Below are positions 25,661-40,455 of a DNA stretch of 64,000 nt, one piece after another (position 1 is the stretch's first letter; each line of letters opens with the position of its first letter). The notes beneath the pieces were generated by a model that had not been told where the DNA came from, made no database searches, and saw nothing but the letters and a program-made list of their open reading frames with translations. Both the position numbers and the translations under genes were made by a program. Origin of the DNA: Octopus vulgaris. Its lineage: Eukaryota. The DNA lies in contig OX597826.1 of NCBI GenBank assembly GCA_951406725.2, forward strand, positions 22,630,001-22,694,000. The letters are read 5' to 3'.

Positions 25661-26079
25661 CTAGCAAAAATAACTCGTTCAAAAATAAAATTATATTTTT
25701 AAAATGCGAAAAATCCCAAAAGAAAATCTAAATCGTGATAACTGTGTGTCATTAATGTAAACGTAAGAACTAAGTAATTTTCTGATCTAGACGATTTGGC
25801 TGCCAGCATCACTTCTGTTCGAATTGATTTCATATTCAGTGTAACGATATACTTTTATTGGCTAGTGAATGAGGTGGAAATAATTTTCTCTATGAATTAG
25901 TAAATAAGGAGTTATTAGCAATTAAAGTTTGAAAATTTTGGTAATTTTAGCCAATCGTAAGTCACAGACACATTCACGCCTGTTTCCATAGTAACAAGCG
26001 GAACATGAGAACTTTTTTATCTGCGAGATAGCACGTGTTGACAAATTTGGCGCTGTGTTCTGTTGCAAATTTTACTACA

Positions 26080-26215
26080 AAAAGGCGTGGTGGGTGCATG
26101 TACTGGCGGTGCTCTCGTCGAGAATGCATGGAGTTGTCGGTGAGGAAAGACACATGGTTTGAAGGTAGTATCCTTCCTCTTATGACTGTAGTGCTCTTCC
26201 TTTACTCATGGGTTA
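26080..26215 (+). pseudogene. Merlin/IS1595-like transposase N-terminal remnant
   Basis: YWRCSRREC..LSVRKDTWFEGS.LPL...FLYSW. Confidence 0.65.
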
Positions 26216-28514
26216 AATATGTCGCGAGAAGAGATCGTACCTAAAACAACGTTGTTGATAATCGAACTTCTCATGGTGCACTTAAGGGACACAAACAACA
26301 AGTCCGTAAGAAAACTGGTTTCTTGATTTCTGTTTCACTTTAGCTTAAAGAAACCATCTGCTATGAAGAACAGAATATTTCCTGTGCCTCACACGAAGCC
26401 ATTTTTATCTTTATTAATTCAGTCATGTTTGGCTAGTACTTTTCAATTTCTTCAATTTTGTTCCAATTGATTTCAACTTTGTTGTATTGATGTAGTTTTG
26501 TATGTTCGTTATGGAAAGAAAATTCATTCTTGCCTTAAATTAATAAATAAAAAATTAATAGCTTTTAAAGAGTGCAAATTTTGGGTAAGTTAACCAATCG
26601 AAAGCCACAGACATATTGGTGCCTGTTTCCAAGCCGTTGTGTAGTCTGTTTATCGTTTCGCATATGATGGAAATATTGTAAACCGAGGAGGATGCCGTTG
26701 ACCGGGAAGACCTATGATCAAAAGGAACTTTCTAATGCTAAACGACTGTCTTAGAGTTATTTAGGATTACCATAACTGTCTTTCCTCATTTTATGACGTT
26801 AGAGTGTTCTTCTGGAAGAGGAAGAGATTCAGCTGCCTGTTCCAACACTTCGATCCTTACATGAACTGAACTACAGTTTGTTTTTTTCATAATTTATCAT
26901 TCTGGTATTTTTCGCATTACATCCCTCTTTTAATATTTCACGTGACTGTATTCATTAAAACTTTCTTAAACTTCCATCGTTGAATGTTTTGTCATCGCAA
27001 TGTTGTCATCAGTCATCGTAATGCTGTCATCACGCACAAAATACTAGCTTCCGAATCCTGTCTTCTGATTGGGTGAAAATGATCAAACTTTAAACCTCTG
27101 TAGCTCGGTTCTAAATTTTTTCTAGCACAAGTGAATAACATCAGATTCAGTGTGAAAAATTACATCTATACACCAAATTTGAAAATTTTCACTTAATTGT
27201 AAAATTTCAAAAAAGCTAAACCAAACAAAAAAGATTTCAGCTATGTACTTCTTTTACATTTGGCAGACTACTACACAACTTGGTAGCTTCTATATAATTA
27301 TGTAAATATTGTTATGTAAGCATATATAAACAGATGTTCGTAGTTGGTTTTAATATGGAACGGGAAGGAGCCTAAACTTCCAACTAATTAATCAAGACCC
27401 ATCTAGCCAGCCCGACATATCTTTTCGGGATCAATAAAATTATTACCAGTCAGGCACTGGAGTCAATGAAATCGACTAGACCCTCCCTCTAGATTTCAGG
27501 GCTTATGAATTATTATTATCTATTTTTGAGCTTTGGTCAAGAACTCCAAATAATATCTAGAAGCATTACTTTAGGAAGTTAAAATGAAAAAGAAAAAATT
27601 CAATAGGTTTATCTGTCAAAACAAATAGTCACAGCACTGCAACATTTAAACTGCAGTTCTCAAGTAACAATAGCGATAAATAGCTTCAGTAAAATTAACA
27701 GATTGAAAGTATAAATTTCTTCAAAATATTATCTGTCGTCATATCAAATGAATCTTGCAATTTGAACTGTCGTAATGAACTGTCATGTCACACATATGTT
27801 TAGCAAGAGGTAACGAGGAAGTCTACTTGCTATCCTCATCTGCTAGAGCAAAGCCGAGTCACCCTTAAATCACAGACTACTAACTGAAATGATCAAATAA
27901 TTACATGAACGAATGAAAAGTCATTGTAGATAAAGTAGTCCTTAAAAAATAGGACGGTCACAGTTAGAATATACTGTTTGTTCTTTCTGGGATTAAAAAA
28001 GAGCCAGCCAGTTAAAATGAGCGTCCACTAAATATACTCATCGGGCTTATGTACATTGTCCGTCTAACAAATCCCATTCACAAAGCATCAGCCAACCTGA
28101 GGCCATGAGTGAAGACGCCATTAACTACGACGTTGCAAAACCAACTTTCTTAAACACACGCCCAATCCTGTGCTTGGAAATTCTTTTAATATAGTCAGTG
28201 ACAAGGGAACATGCCTCATTATTTTTTATTTGTATTTCTTCTTTTGGTATGTCGATGATTTTTCAGGTTACCAATTAGAATGTGCGCGCGCGCGAAAAAT
28301 TGTTATCAGCAATGAAGGCAAGAAACGTGTAGCTTCGGCGCGCTTCAAGTTCAAAGATTTTAATCCTATGGTACTTCTACTTTTGTTGCACCAATGGTCA
28401 TGAGAAGTTAGATATTGTAAAGAAAAAGACCAAGGACATTGAAGAAAACAACATAGGAGAGAGGCAGAAACTTACAAATAGATACATATAATGGAGTCCA
28501 ATAAAAAGATGTTG

Positions 28515-29305
28515 TAGTCGGATCTTTGTGGTTTGCGTCACCGTGTGTCGAAATCTTAAAAAAAAAATTTGATGTATAATATAAATGTAATTTTTGACGC
28601 TGAATCCGAATTTGCTCTTCATTTATTCTAGAAAAATTTTGCGAAAACGTTACAGGTGTTTAAAGTTTGATAATTATCAAAATTTTCAGCCAATCAGAAA
28701 ACGGCGCGTTCGAGGGGGCACGCCATGTCAAAACATTAAACTAGCTAAATTAAACAACGAAAAACATTAAAACATTCACGGGCGAGTAAAATATTTAAAA
28801 GCTACAAGCAAACCAAGAGAAGTTGCTAGAAATAAGTCAAAACATTGCTTAAAACAGACATTTATTAGTTTAAAAAATTCAAGAACGAATGTTTGCAATA
28901 CGCTCTAGGATTTTCTAAAATAAATTATCTTTCTCATATCTCCTTCTCCACATAAATTGGTTGAGTGTGAGTCCCATGTATTATGAAAACAAACAATTAT
29001 AGAACACGTGGTGGTTACACTCCTTGTGCTCATGCGCAGCATCTTTGTTTACTATTTTCGCAATCAGCTATGGAAGATGTGGTGCTTCTTTGCTTTGATT
29101 ACTATGGAAACAGAGTTCTTCGCTAAGGTGATGAGTAAAATACTCACTTCTGATTGGCTAAAATACTCAAATTTTGCAAATTTTCAAGTCTAATATCTTT
29201 TTAATTGTGGTTTTATGGGGAAAATGAATTTTATTTTCATAATTAGTGTACAAAACTTAATCCATATACCCAATTTGAAAACAATTGGAACAAAATATGG
29301 TCCAG
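28515..29305. mobile_element. Decayed MITE-like element with long imperfect inverted ends; related ends at ~25900, ~26570 and 27060-27220
   Basis: aaattttcagccaatcagaa versus ttctgattggctaaaat; the motif recurs through 25.9-29.3 kb. Confidence 0.45.
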
Positions 29306-29544
29306 AATCAGCTTAGTTCTAGAAAACCTAAAGTACTAAGACTTTAATATCATGGAGCTACTCCTCTGGTTGCACCAGTGGTTGTAAATATCACTGAGTT
29401 GTACAAATAGATAGCGTATAAATGGGTGAGTATACTAAGACACGTGTAACCTTAACGTAAATCTCAGGCAGAATCAGTCTGACACATTTTATGACAAGGC
29501 TGTGCTTTTGAATTACAAATACAATCCATTCGACTAGCGTCTTT

Positions 29545-32500
29545 CATACTGTTTCTTTCAGTATAGCTACGACGCAGAAAAGGCAAGCTTTCCTTTCCCT
29601 GTTAAGGGAAGGAGGCGGCACAATCTCGATGATAGATTCAGTTGATAGCTGTACTCTTCCCATCGATGACAACAGTTGCTCTGCGAAAACTATCAGTCTC
29701 GTTAATTCCGGACATTCCACAAATGCGTGCAAGACCGTTTCCCTGTCCTGCCCGCACCTCGGACATGTCGGCGAGACAGCACTTCCGTGCCTTGACAGTT
29801 TATCACGAACATGTAACGCCGCACGGAAGCACTGCCAAGCCAGGGATTTCTGGTAACTATCCAGATACCCCGGCCCGAAAGTTCTCCGGAACAGGTTGAT
29901 CAACTGATTTTCATCGTAGCCCAGGGTCTCCCTCAAGGCGTCTTCGGATTTAACCTCCACTAACCCGCTATAGAAATCCGCGATGGAACTCTTGTTGCCG
30001 GCAATGCCCGCCCGAGAGAGTAGCTGAAGTGCCTGGCGGCACTCCAATTGCCAGTCCCCCAGCCTAGGTCTCTGCTTGATCCAATTACCAATGTCCGTTA
30101 AGGACGTTAATTGCGGAAGGTAGAACCGAACGTGCGGTGACCACACCTGCTCTCCATCCAGGTAAAGCTAGAGATGCCTCAACCTTAACGCGAATTTTCG
30201 CACCCTCAGCTAAGGCATCCCTAGCCTATCCTTTAGCGGTTTCTGGCAGCAGACAGAGCGCTTCACGAGTGGCTTTCCTCCCTTCCACAAAAAGTGGAAA
30301 ATGATTCTTTCCAACTTGTTCAGCCACAAATAGGGGCAAGGCACCACGGTCAGACGGTAGGTGATAACCGATGCTATAAACATCTGTACTACTTTCGCCT
30401 TTCCTAGCAAGGATAACGCCCGCCCAGACCAGGTCTGGGTTAGAGCAGTCACCTTGCTGGCCACCTCACTCCAATTTTTCTCTATCTGGAGGTCTGGCCC
30501 GAACCAGACTCCGAGCTGCTTAACAGGACCTTCCGTCCAACGCCCCACGACGTTATTGGACGGCATCGGCTTGCCCCTCCAGGTGCCGAGCTGCAAACCA
30601 ATTAACCTTTGCTCCTTCCACCGCCTCGTAACTTTTGATAGCCTCTTTCACCACTGGAAGCTGGCCCTCATCCGCCACGATGATGGAGATGTCATCCGCA
30701 TACGCCGTAGCTCCTCTTCCACACCATAGATCATGCGGTGCTCCCCCTAGTGCCTCCAACTTCCGCAATAATGGCTCGAGAGCCAGTACATACAAAAGCG
30801 TGGACAGGGGACACCCCTGGCGCACTGAACGCTCGATCCTGAATGGCTTCGAAAGGAAACCGTTCACTTTTACGACGGACTCGATGTCGCTGTACAACGC
30901 AGCAATCCAATTGCGGAAGGTCGGGCCCAGGCCAGCCTTCACGAGGATCGCCGCTAAGTACCGATGGTCGACCCTATCGAATGCCTTAGACTGGTGCTCC
31001 CCCTGCGCCAGAAAGCTTCCCCACCTTTCCTAAGGAGTAGCGTATAAGGTGGAGATTGTCGTGGATCGTCTTTCCCGGGATAGCGTACGTTTGCACTTCC
31101 CCGACAAGTTTGTCCACGACCCGCGCCAACCTTTTCGCTAGCACCTTGGCCAAAATCTTTAACTCTGTGTTCAGCAGAGTTATGGGCCTGAAGTTCCCTA
31201 TCTCGTCCCTTTGCTCGGGTCCTTCCCGATCAACGTCACCACCCCTCGGCTCACAGACTTGGGAATTCTCCCATTCTGCTGCCAATTGGCGGAGACGCTG
31301 GTCAGCAGGTGCCCGAACAAGTTTGGCATAGTTTTGTAAAATTCATAAGGCAGACCATCGAGACTCGGCGTCTTCTCCCCGGGGCATTCGCCCAGTACCT
31401 CGATTACCATGATTGGCTCTTCACAGCACTCAGCCTCTCGTGCCGCCAGACAGGAAGTCTCTAAGGGCCTCGCCATGATCCAGTGTCCCGCCACTCCCAA
31501 ACAACTCGGCAAAGTGCTTGTGAATCGCCTCACACATCTCGTCCCATCCATCGACCGAACTCCCATTGTCATCCACGAGAGACCTAATTGTGGCATCATT
31601 GTCACGCTGGGTTTCTACCGTACGGGCCCATCCGGCAACATTAATTCCCTCACGGCCTAATGCGCGCACTTTAGCCCGAACTCTGCACCCCTCATGTTTG
31701 GCTTTGAGGTGACGGTCCAAGGCTGCTCTCGCTGCCAAAATGTGAGATGCAGAGCCCAACCTCAACGCCTCCTCTAGGTCCTTAACTAGTTGCCCTTCTA
31801 TTCTGGCCTTATCTAGTCTTAGCTGACGGCTAAACCTAATAGATTCAAAACGAATGGCTCTCTTCAGGGCGAACCACCATCGGTTATTAACCACCGCGCC
31901 GGTTAACGCCCTCTGTACTAATTCCTCAATCCGGCTACGGTATGCCTCGCAAGTCAAAATAGATTTGTTCAGCTTCCAGTAGCTGGATACTCTCTTAACT
32001 GTACTATCTAAGTCCAGTCTACACTTGGCCATTCTATGGTCAGTGTATGCTACTTGGACAAGCTGTGGACAGCTAAAACTAAACTTATCTCCAGTTCTTA
32101 TCACTATCCTATCTAAATAGGACTTGAACCTTCCGTCGCCACTCATCCAGGTCCACTCTGGGACGTTCGGGTGGTCAAGTCTGTAACGATCTGCCAGCTG
32201 AAACCGCTTGAGTAGATCCACGAGACGTGAGTTTACTTTCCTATAGATCGAGCCAACGCTATCGATGCGCGCATCAACAATAGCGTTATAGTCACCTAAC
32301 ACCACTAATGTCTTCGACGTCACGAGAAAGTTCTCTAGGCGCCGATAAAAATCAGTTTGAAATCCTCTAGCACAAGGTGCATAGATCTCGATCAATCTGA
32401 AGGCCTTACTGCTGTATGTCACATCAAGGACGACCAGCCCACCTTCTGGGTCTTCATAGACTGTACTTGTCTGCAGAGCCAAGCCTTTTCGAACCAGTAA

Positions 32501-34200
32501 TACTACACCCCCTCGCCCTCCGGTCCGGCTAGGAGACATGATTTTCTCATAGTCATTCAGGAGGGGCGAGAAGGCTTGTAGACTGTTCAGCTTGGTCTCT
32601 GTAGCAACCATCACATGCATATCGTGTGATCTGAGGTCGTCGAGGAAACAAGCTTGCTTCCACTTCGAGCTCAGACCACGCACATTCAAACAGCCAAGGC
32701 TAAGTGCAGTCATTTAAAACAAAAGAAAAGCAAAGATTCTACTTACTCTTTGACTTATTCTTTTATTGGTGATGCTTGGGATGATCTCACCACACGTGAG
32801 GCAGTCCTTTCCTCCTGCTCCTTAAAAAACTCCTTCAAATACCGCGGAAGGTCCGGGATGCTCGTGATGGTCCTCGGATGCCTACCCTTCATTTCATTAT
32901 ACAATTTTTCTGATATCCACGCATATCTCTCTTCCTTGCCTTCGGGCTGCTGCAACAGCTCCACAGTGGGGTGCTTTTTTAAAATGTCCATAATATATTT
33001 ATCCCTGGTATCAAACTTTACCAGGGTTTTTGTTCCGTCTTTGTTCTTTTTTATTTTCTCTTCTGGGACAGTGGAGCGGGATCTTTTTTTCTCTGTAGTG
33101 TGCTGTTTTTCTTCTTCTTTCTTTGTGGGGGATATGGATGGGGAAGGTGCATGTGTTCTTTTTTTCCTGAGTGTCTTGAACTCCCCCCCCCGGTCACCTC
33201 CATGGTGTCTTTCAGAGGAGTTGTTACTTCAGAGGGGGTGGGTGCATTTTTTTCTGTCGGGACCGGTGTGTGCATGGCCTGGGGTTTTTGGGTGTTTTGT
33301 TTGGGAGCGAATGCCACAGATGGTGGGGTGGGAGTATTTGTTTCTGTGGGGGCTAATTTGTGTGCGGGTTTGGGGTCTTTTTCTGTAGTTGAAGGGCCTG
33401 ATGTCTGCGCACTTATTTTCTTTTTTTTCTTCCATATTTCACAGTCTACACGAATGTGGCCTTTATTCCACATTCGAAACACGTGGGCTTTTTGCCCTCT
33501 ACTTGAATCTTGAGGGCAATATCTTCCTCCAAGAGCACTCTTTCTGGCAACATTTCGATGTCTTGTTGCGTTCCTTGAATAATCGCAGAGATGCTCTGCC
33601 CTTGCCAATTTTGTGGGGCAGTGCATGTAATTAGGAGGAAGGTGCCTTTGTCCGTCCTGTTATACAACAGGGCGGCCATCACCTCCCTTGCCTCAATTCC
33701 TGGTGGTACGTCGTTTATTCGGACGCGTGCTGTTCTCCTTCCCATGTATGTTGGGAGCAGCACCACCTCCTTCGTTTTTAGAGGACTCACTGAGTGCTCT
33801 TGGGCTTTTTCGGCCGTCTCGAATCTGGCATCTATTGTTCCATATGCCCGGCCCCAGGCTATGTATTTTATATCTTTCCATATAGGGTCCAGGCATTTTT
33901 CTATTCCGCACTTTTCGAAGGGCTTGAATTTCTTCGATGAAGGACAGTACGTTTTATAAACGAGTGTCCTACTCTTCAGATTTCGTTTCTTTATTACCCA
34001 TAAAGGGCTACACAGAGGGGATAATACAAACATTGGGGACATAAAACATCACAATTACACAAAGTATGAATAAATGAAATATGAAAATGAAAAATGAAAG
34101 TGATGCTAACGGCCCCATCCGCTAGCATCACTTACCTATCCTTCTTCCTTAAGCTTGCACGTTTAATTCAAAAACTGCACTCTTCCAGCCTCCTTCATCT
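29545..34200 (-). mobile_element. Tx1/L1-clade LINE: ORF1 (zinc knuckle) and ORF2 (APE-RT-zinc finger), frameshifted, 3'-truncated
   Basis: ORF1 34042-32755 (CFECG/KGHIRVDC); ORF2 from 32713: CLNVRGL, TETK, GDYN, SYLDR, TDH, YWKLN; NFRPITLLN; RQGCPLS, YADD; CPRC...HAFVEC. Confidence 0.93.
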
Positions 34201-34242
34201 TTCACTGTAGCATGGAGGATGTCAAGGATCTTTTCCTTTTGA

Positions 34243-34632
34243 ACGGCAGTTTGTAACATAATTTCTAGGTAACTAAAAAATTTTAAACTTCGTTTACTGG
34301 TAGAATGTGTTTATAAAACATCATTTTCTCTTGGCTTTATTGAGAATATTCTACAGGTTGTAACATATTTCGTCTAAAATTTCTTGCATTTCGGCAATTT
34401 TAACCAATCAATTACCTCCATTGACGTAAATAACATTCTGTGCATAATGAATATGTCCCTCCTTTAAGAAACAGATTGGGTTTATTTACATTTGTGAAGA
34501 AAAAAGATACACTTCCCCCACCCCTAACCCTAACTAACCTTAACTCTAACCCTAAATCTAAAATAGATTGAAATGCAATAGATCGATACTAGGGTTATAA
34601 TTATGGGTGACAATTTCATACGACACTGCTAT
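34243..34632. mobile_element. Short non-autonomous repeat with internal (CCCTAA)-like tract
   Basis: ccctaaccctaactaaccttaactctaaccctaa at ~34522-34556; weak terminal symmetry gcagt...actgc. Confidence 0.35.
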
Positions 34633-34659
34633 AAAAAAACTTAGCGGTTATTATAGATA

Positions 34660-34971
34660 TACACAGACATGTACATTCATACATACACACATACATATAT
34701 ACATACATATATCTATATACCCACACATAAATATACATACACACACGTACACATATATATACATACACACATATACATATATATATATATACATGCATAC
34801 ATAAATATATAAATACATACATACACACTACTTAAATAGACATATATACATATCTGCCTACATACATACACACTTCTTAAATAGACATATATACATATCT
34901 GCATATACACACATATACATACATTCATCAGCACACATACATACACACAAAAAACACACACACATATGCAT

Positions 34972-35010
<39 letters not shown>

Positions 35011-37150
35011 CACACATACACACATATATACACGCAACATATATATACATTCATATACCCACATACACACTCCTCAAACAAACATATATACATATACACA
35101 CATATACATCCATTCATCAACCCACACATATACACACACATAAACATACATACATATACACACAAGTATATACATATACACACAAAAGTATGTACATATA
35201 CACATACGCACCCATACAAGTGCACACATACACGCATGTACACAAATATGCGCGCACATATATGCGCGTGCACACTTATACATGCGTACACACACATACA
35301 TGTGCACATATACACGCTCCCATACATACATGCGCATACACACAGGTGCACACATATACACATGTACACACACACATACACGCGTGCGCGCATACATGCG
35401 CTCACATACCCATGCACTCTCATACACGTACGCATGCACATAAATACATGTAAGCACATATACACATGCATGCACACATACACATGTATATATGCATACA
35501 TGCATACATACATACGCATACATACATACATGCACACATATACATGCACACATATACATGCACACACATATATACGCATATACACGCATGCTTTCACATA
35601 CACATACATGCATACATACACATACACATATGCACACATACAAGGAATAATAAATTAACAAGTACCAGTAAATAAAAAATTACAAATGAGTACATACATA
35701 CAGAAAAACAACATAATACTAAAGACCACCATGTGGATTCATACAAAAAAACCTACATGAAAAATGAATATATATAAGTATATATGCACACACATACATA
35801 TACACCAATACGCATGTATACACACGCACCTATCCAATAGTGATCACAATGTGTTTAGTACATTGACCCATGCTATGTACACAACAATACACCGAAGTCC
35901 AAAATTGAATGCATATCCATATACATAAAAAGACCAGTTGAAAAGTAGATATATATCAATATACACAAAAAAGCAACTTATATCAAAATATATAAACACA
36001 CAAACATTCAAATACAAAACACTTATACATAGATATACAAAAATAGTATGCCCATAATTTATGACAGATTAGTATTCCTAGATAAATACAGTACATAAGC
36101 CTTTAACAACTATTTAAGTCTTTTAAAAATACTATTTAGAACCGAGTGCTATTTGAATCTAGAGAAAGTATACGCTAGTCTATGAAGGCATGAGAATTTT
36201 GTTCCTTAAGATTGTTGATAATAAGTAAATTAGCCTTGATTATAAAGAAAATTTCATTAATGCATAATGAGCATTTTCTATTCCTATAATTATACGCTGG
36301 TGCGGTTGTAAGTATTTTCCATTGTAAATTATAATTGATATTTTTGTTTTTAAGCTCCCAAATATATGCACTTAACCCTGTTGAATTAATCCTATTCTTA
36401 TTCCTAAAAGTGTATCTATGATAATTAAGTCTCTGTTTCAGATTATTTTTAGTAGCACCAATATATACCCTACTATCATATTGTGTACTTACCGTACATT
36501 GGTAAACCACCTCCTTTTACAAGCATTCATTATTGAACACACAGTTATCCTTAATTCTACAATTGCAGCTATTATCCAGTTGACAATGTTTAACTTTATT
36601 ATGAATATAAGTTGTTGCATTCCCAGCATCATTACTATTATTGATAATATTATTATCATTCTCGCTAATTATTCCCATATTCAACGGTGGGTTATATTTT
36701 ACATTATTAATATTATTCGAATCATTAGAGCTATTACTACTAATACCATGAACATCAACCATGTTATTATTCGTCATTACAGTATTGCTGCTACCATTTC
36801 CTCCAATAGGGTTACCCTTACTCACACTATTATAATTATTAAATCTCAAGAGGTAGTGAGGCACATTACTGCTACCTAAGTTTTTCTTTCTATCTAGATA
36901 GAAATAAATAATATGAAATGGTAATATCTGTAAGATGATGATTGAAATGAATTTGTTCCTCCATTTTCTTATTTGTATTATGAATTTACGGTAAAATATT
37001 TTACCTTCGCCCATCAGATACAAAAAATGAATTAATTGCATTGCAATTATAAGCATTTATGTATTTGGCATTTGGGTGCTTCACCAGCAGTATATTGGAT
37101 AACTGATATCCCATAGTGGGTTACCCTCATAACCCCTATCTTACTTTGTA
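34660..37150 (-). mobile_element. Naiad-like GIY-YIG remnant preceded by an Asn-rich segment (no RT seen) and followed by a TG/TA-rich tract
   Basis: CNCRIKDNC; VYQCTV...VYIGAT...LSAYIWELK...CSLC (ORFs 36517..37056 and 36175..36510). Confidence 0.75.
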
Positions 37151-37151
37151 C

Positions 37152-37251
<100 letters not shown>

Positions 37252-37782
37252 TCATTTCAACGGCACATCATCTCTTTTCTTCTTTTTTAGATATTTACAT
37301 TTAAACATTAGAATTCAAAATATACAGAAAACAACATTATCAGAACATTTGTTTCTTAACTCGCGTACGCAACAAATTTTAACTTCACAAACTCCCACTA
37401 TAACAACTTGCCGCTCGTTGTCATCTCTGTCTGTCAGTCTGCCACTGTCATCTTGGCTGCCTCTCGCCGACTCAAACTTTTACTTAATGACAGCCGTATT
37501 TATAACGGCCTGCAGCTAGAAGAAGAGAGATATCGATGACAGCAGTGTGTACATCCCTTCCCAACATTCTTATTTTTTAAAAACTTTCGGTGACCGTATG
37601 GAGGCCATAGATCACTGCCTAGGGTCATTAATAACCATGCTCTTTGACAGGACAAAGGAAATGCCATTGTCCTGAGCAACTGGAGCGCCGGTTCGATTCC
37701 AACTAATGGAACAAGGGGCATAATGTTTTTTTGTTCGTTTACATTTTCCTTGCGTCCGTAACAATATATATATATACATACA

Positions 37783-39726
<1,944 letters not shown>

Positions 39727-39748
39727 TGCATTTTACATACATACATAC

Positions 39749-39804
<56 letters not shown>

Positions 39805-39870
39805 CATATATATATACATATACATATATACATATACGCATATACATATATACATATACACATCTACATA

Positions 39871-40281
39871 GGCGCAGGAGTGGCTGTGTGGTAAGTAGCT
39901 TGCTTACCAACCACATGGTTCCGGGTTCAGTCAAACTGCGTGGTATCTTGGGCAAATGTCTTCTGCTATAGCCCCGGGCTGACCAATGCCTTGTGAGTGG
40001 ATTTGGTAGACGGAAACTGAAAGAAGCCTGTCGTATATATATATGTATGTATGCGTGTGTATACGTTTGTGTGTCTGGGTTTGTCCCCCTAGCATTGTTT
40101 GACAACCGATGCTGGTGTGTTTACGTCCCCGTAACTTAGCGGTTCGGCAAAAGAGACCGATAGAATAAGTACTGGGCTTACAAAGAATAAGTCCCGGGGT
40201 CGATTTGCTCGACTAAGGGCGGTGCTCCAGCATGGCCGCAGTCAAATGACTGAAATAAGTAAAAGAGTAAGTAAAAAGAGT
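39871..40281 (+). mobile_element. tRNA-derived SINE, full length
   Basis: ggcgcaggagtggctgtgtggtaag...ccgggttcagtc; same family as 37783-38176. Confidence 0.88.
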
Positions 40282-40455
40282 GATACATATATATGTACAT
40301 ATACATATATATCTGTACATATACATATATATATAGATATATATACATATCTATATACATATACATATATATATATATATACATATATATACATATACAT
40401 ATACATATATATATACATATAGATATACACATATACATATATATATATATATATA

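Noticed and set aside
34522-34556. CCCTAA-like repeats suggesting a telomere
   Set aside because: Short, degenerate and internal to a dispersed repeat.
37690-37702. B-box-like GGTTCGATTCC
   Set aside because: No cloverleaf or convincing A-box; cannot be called a tRNA.
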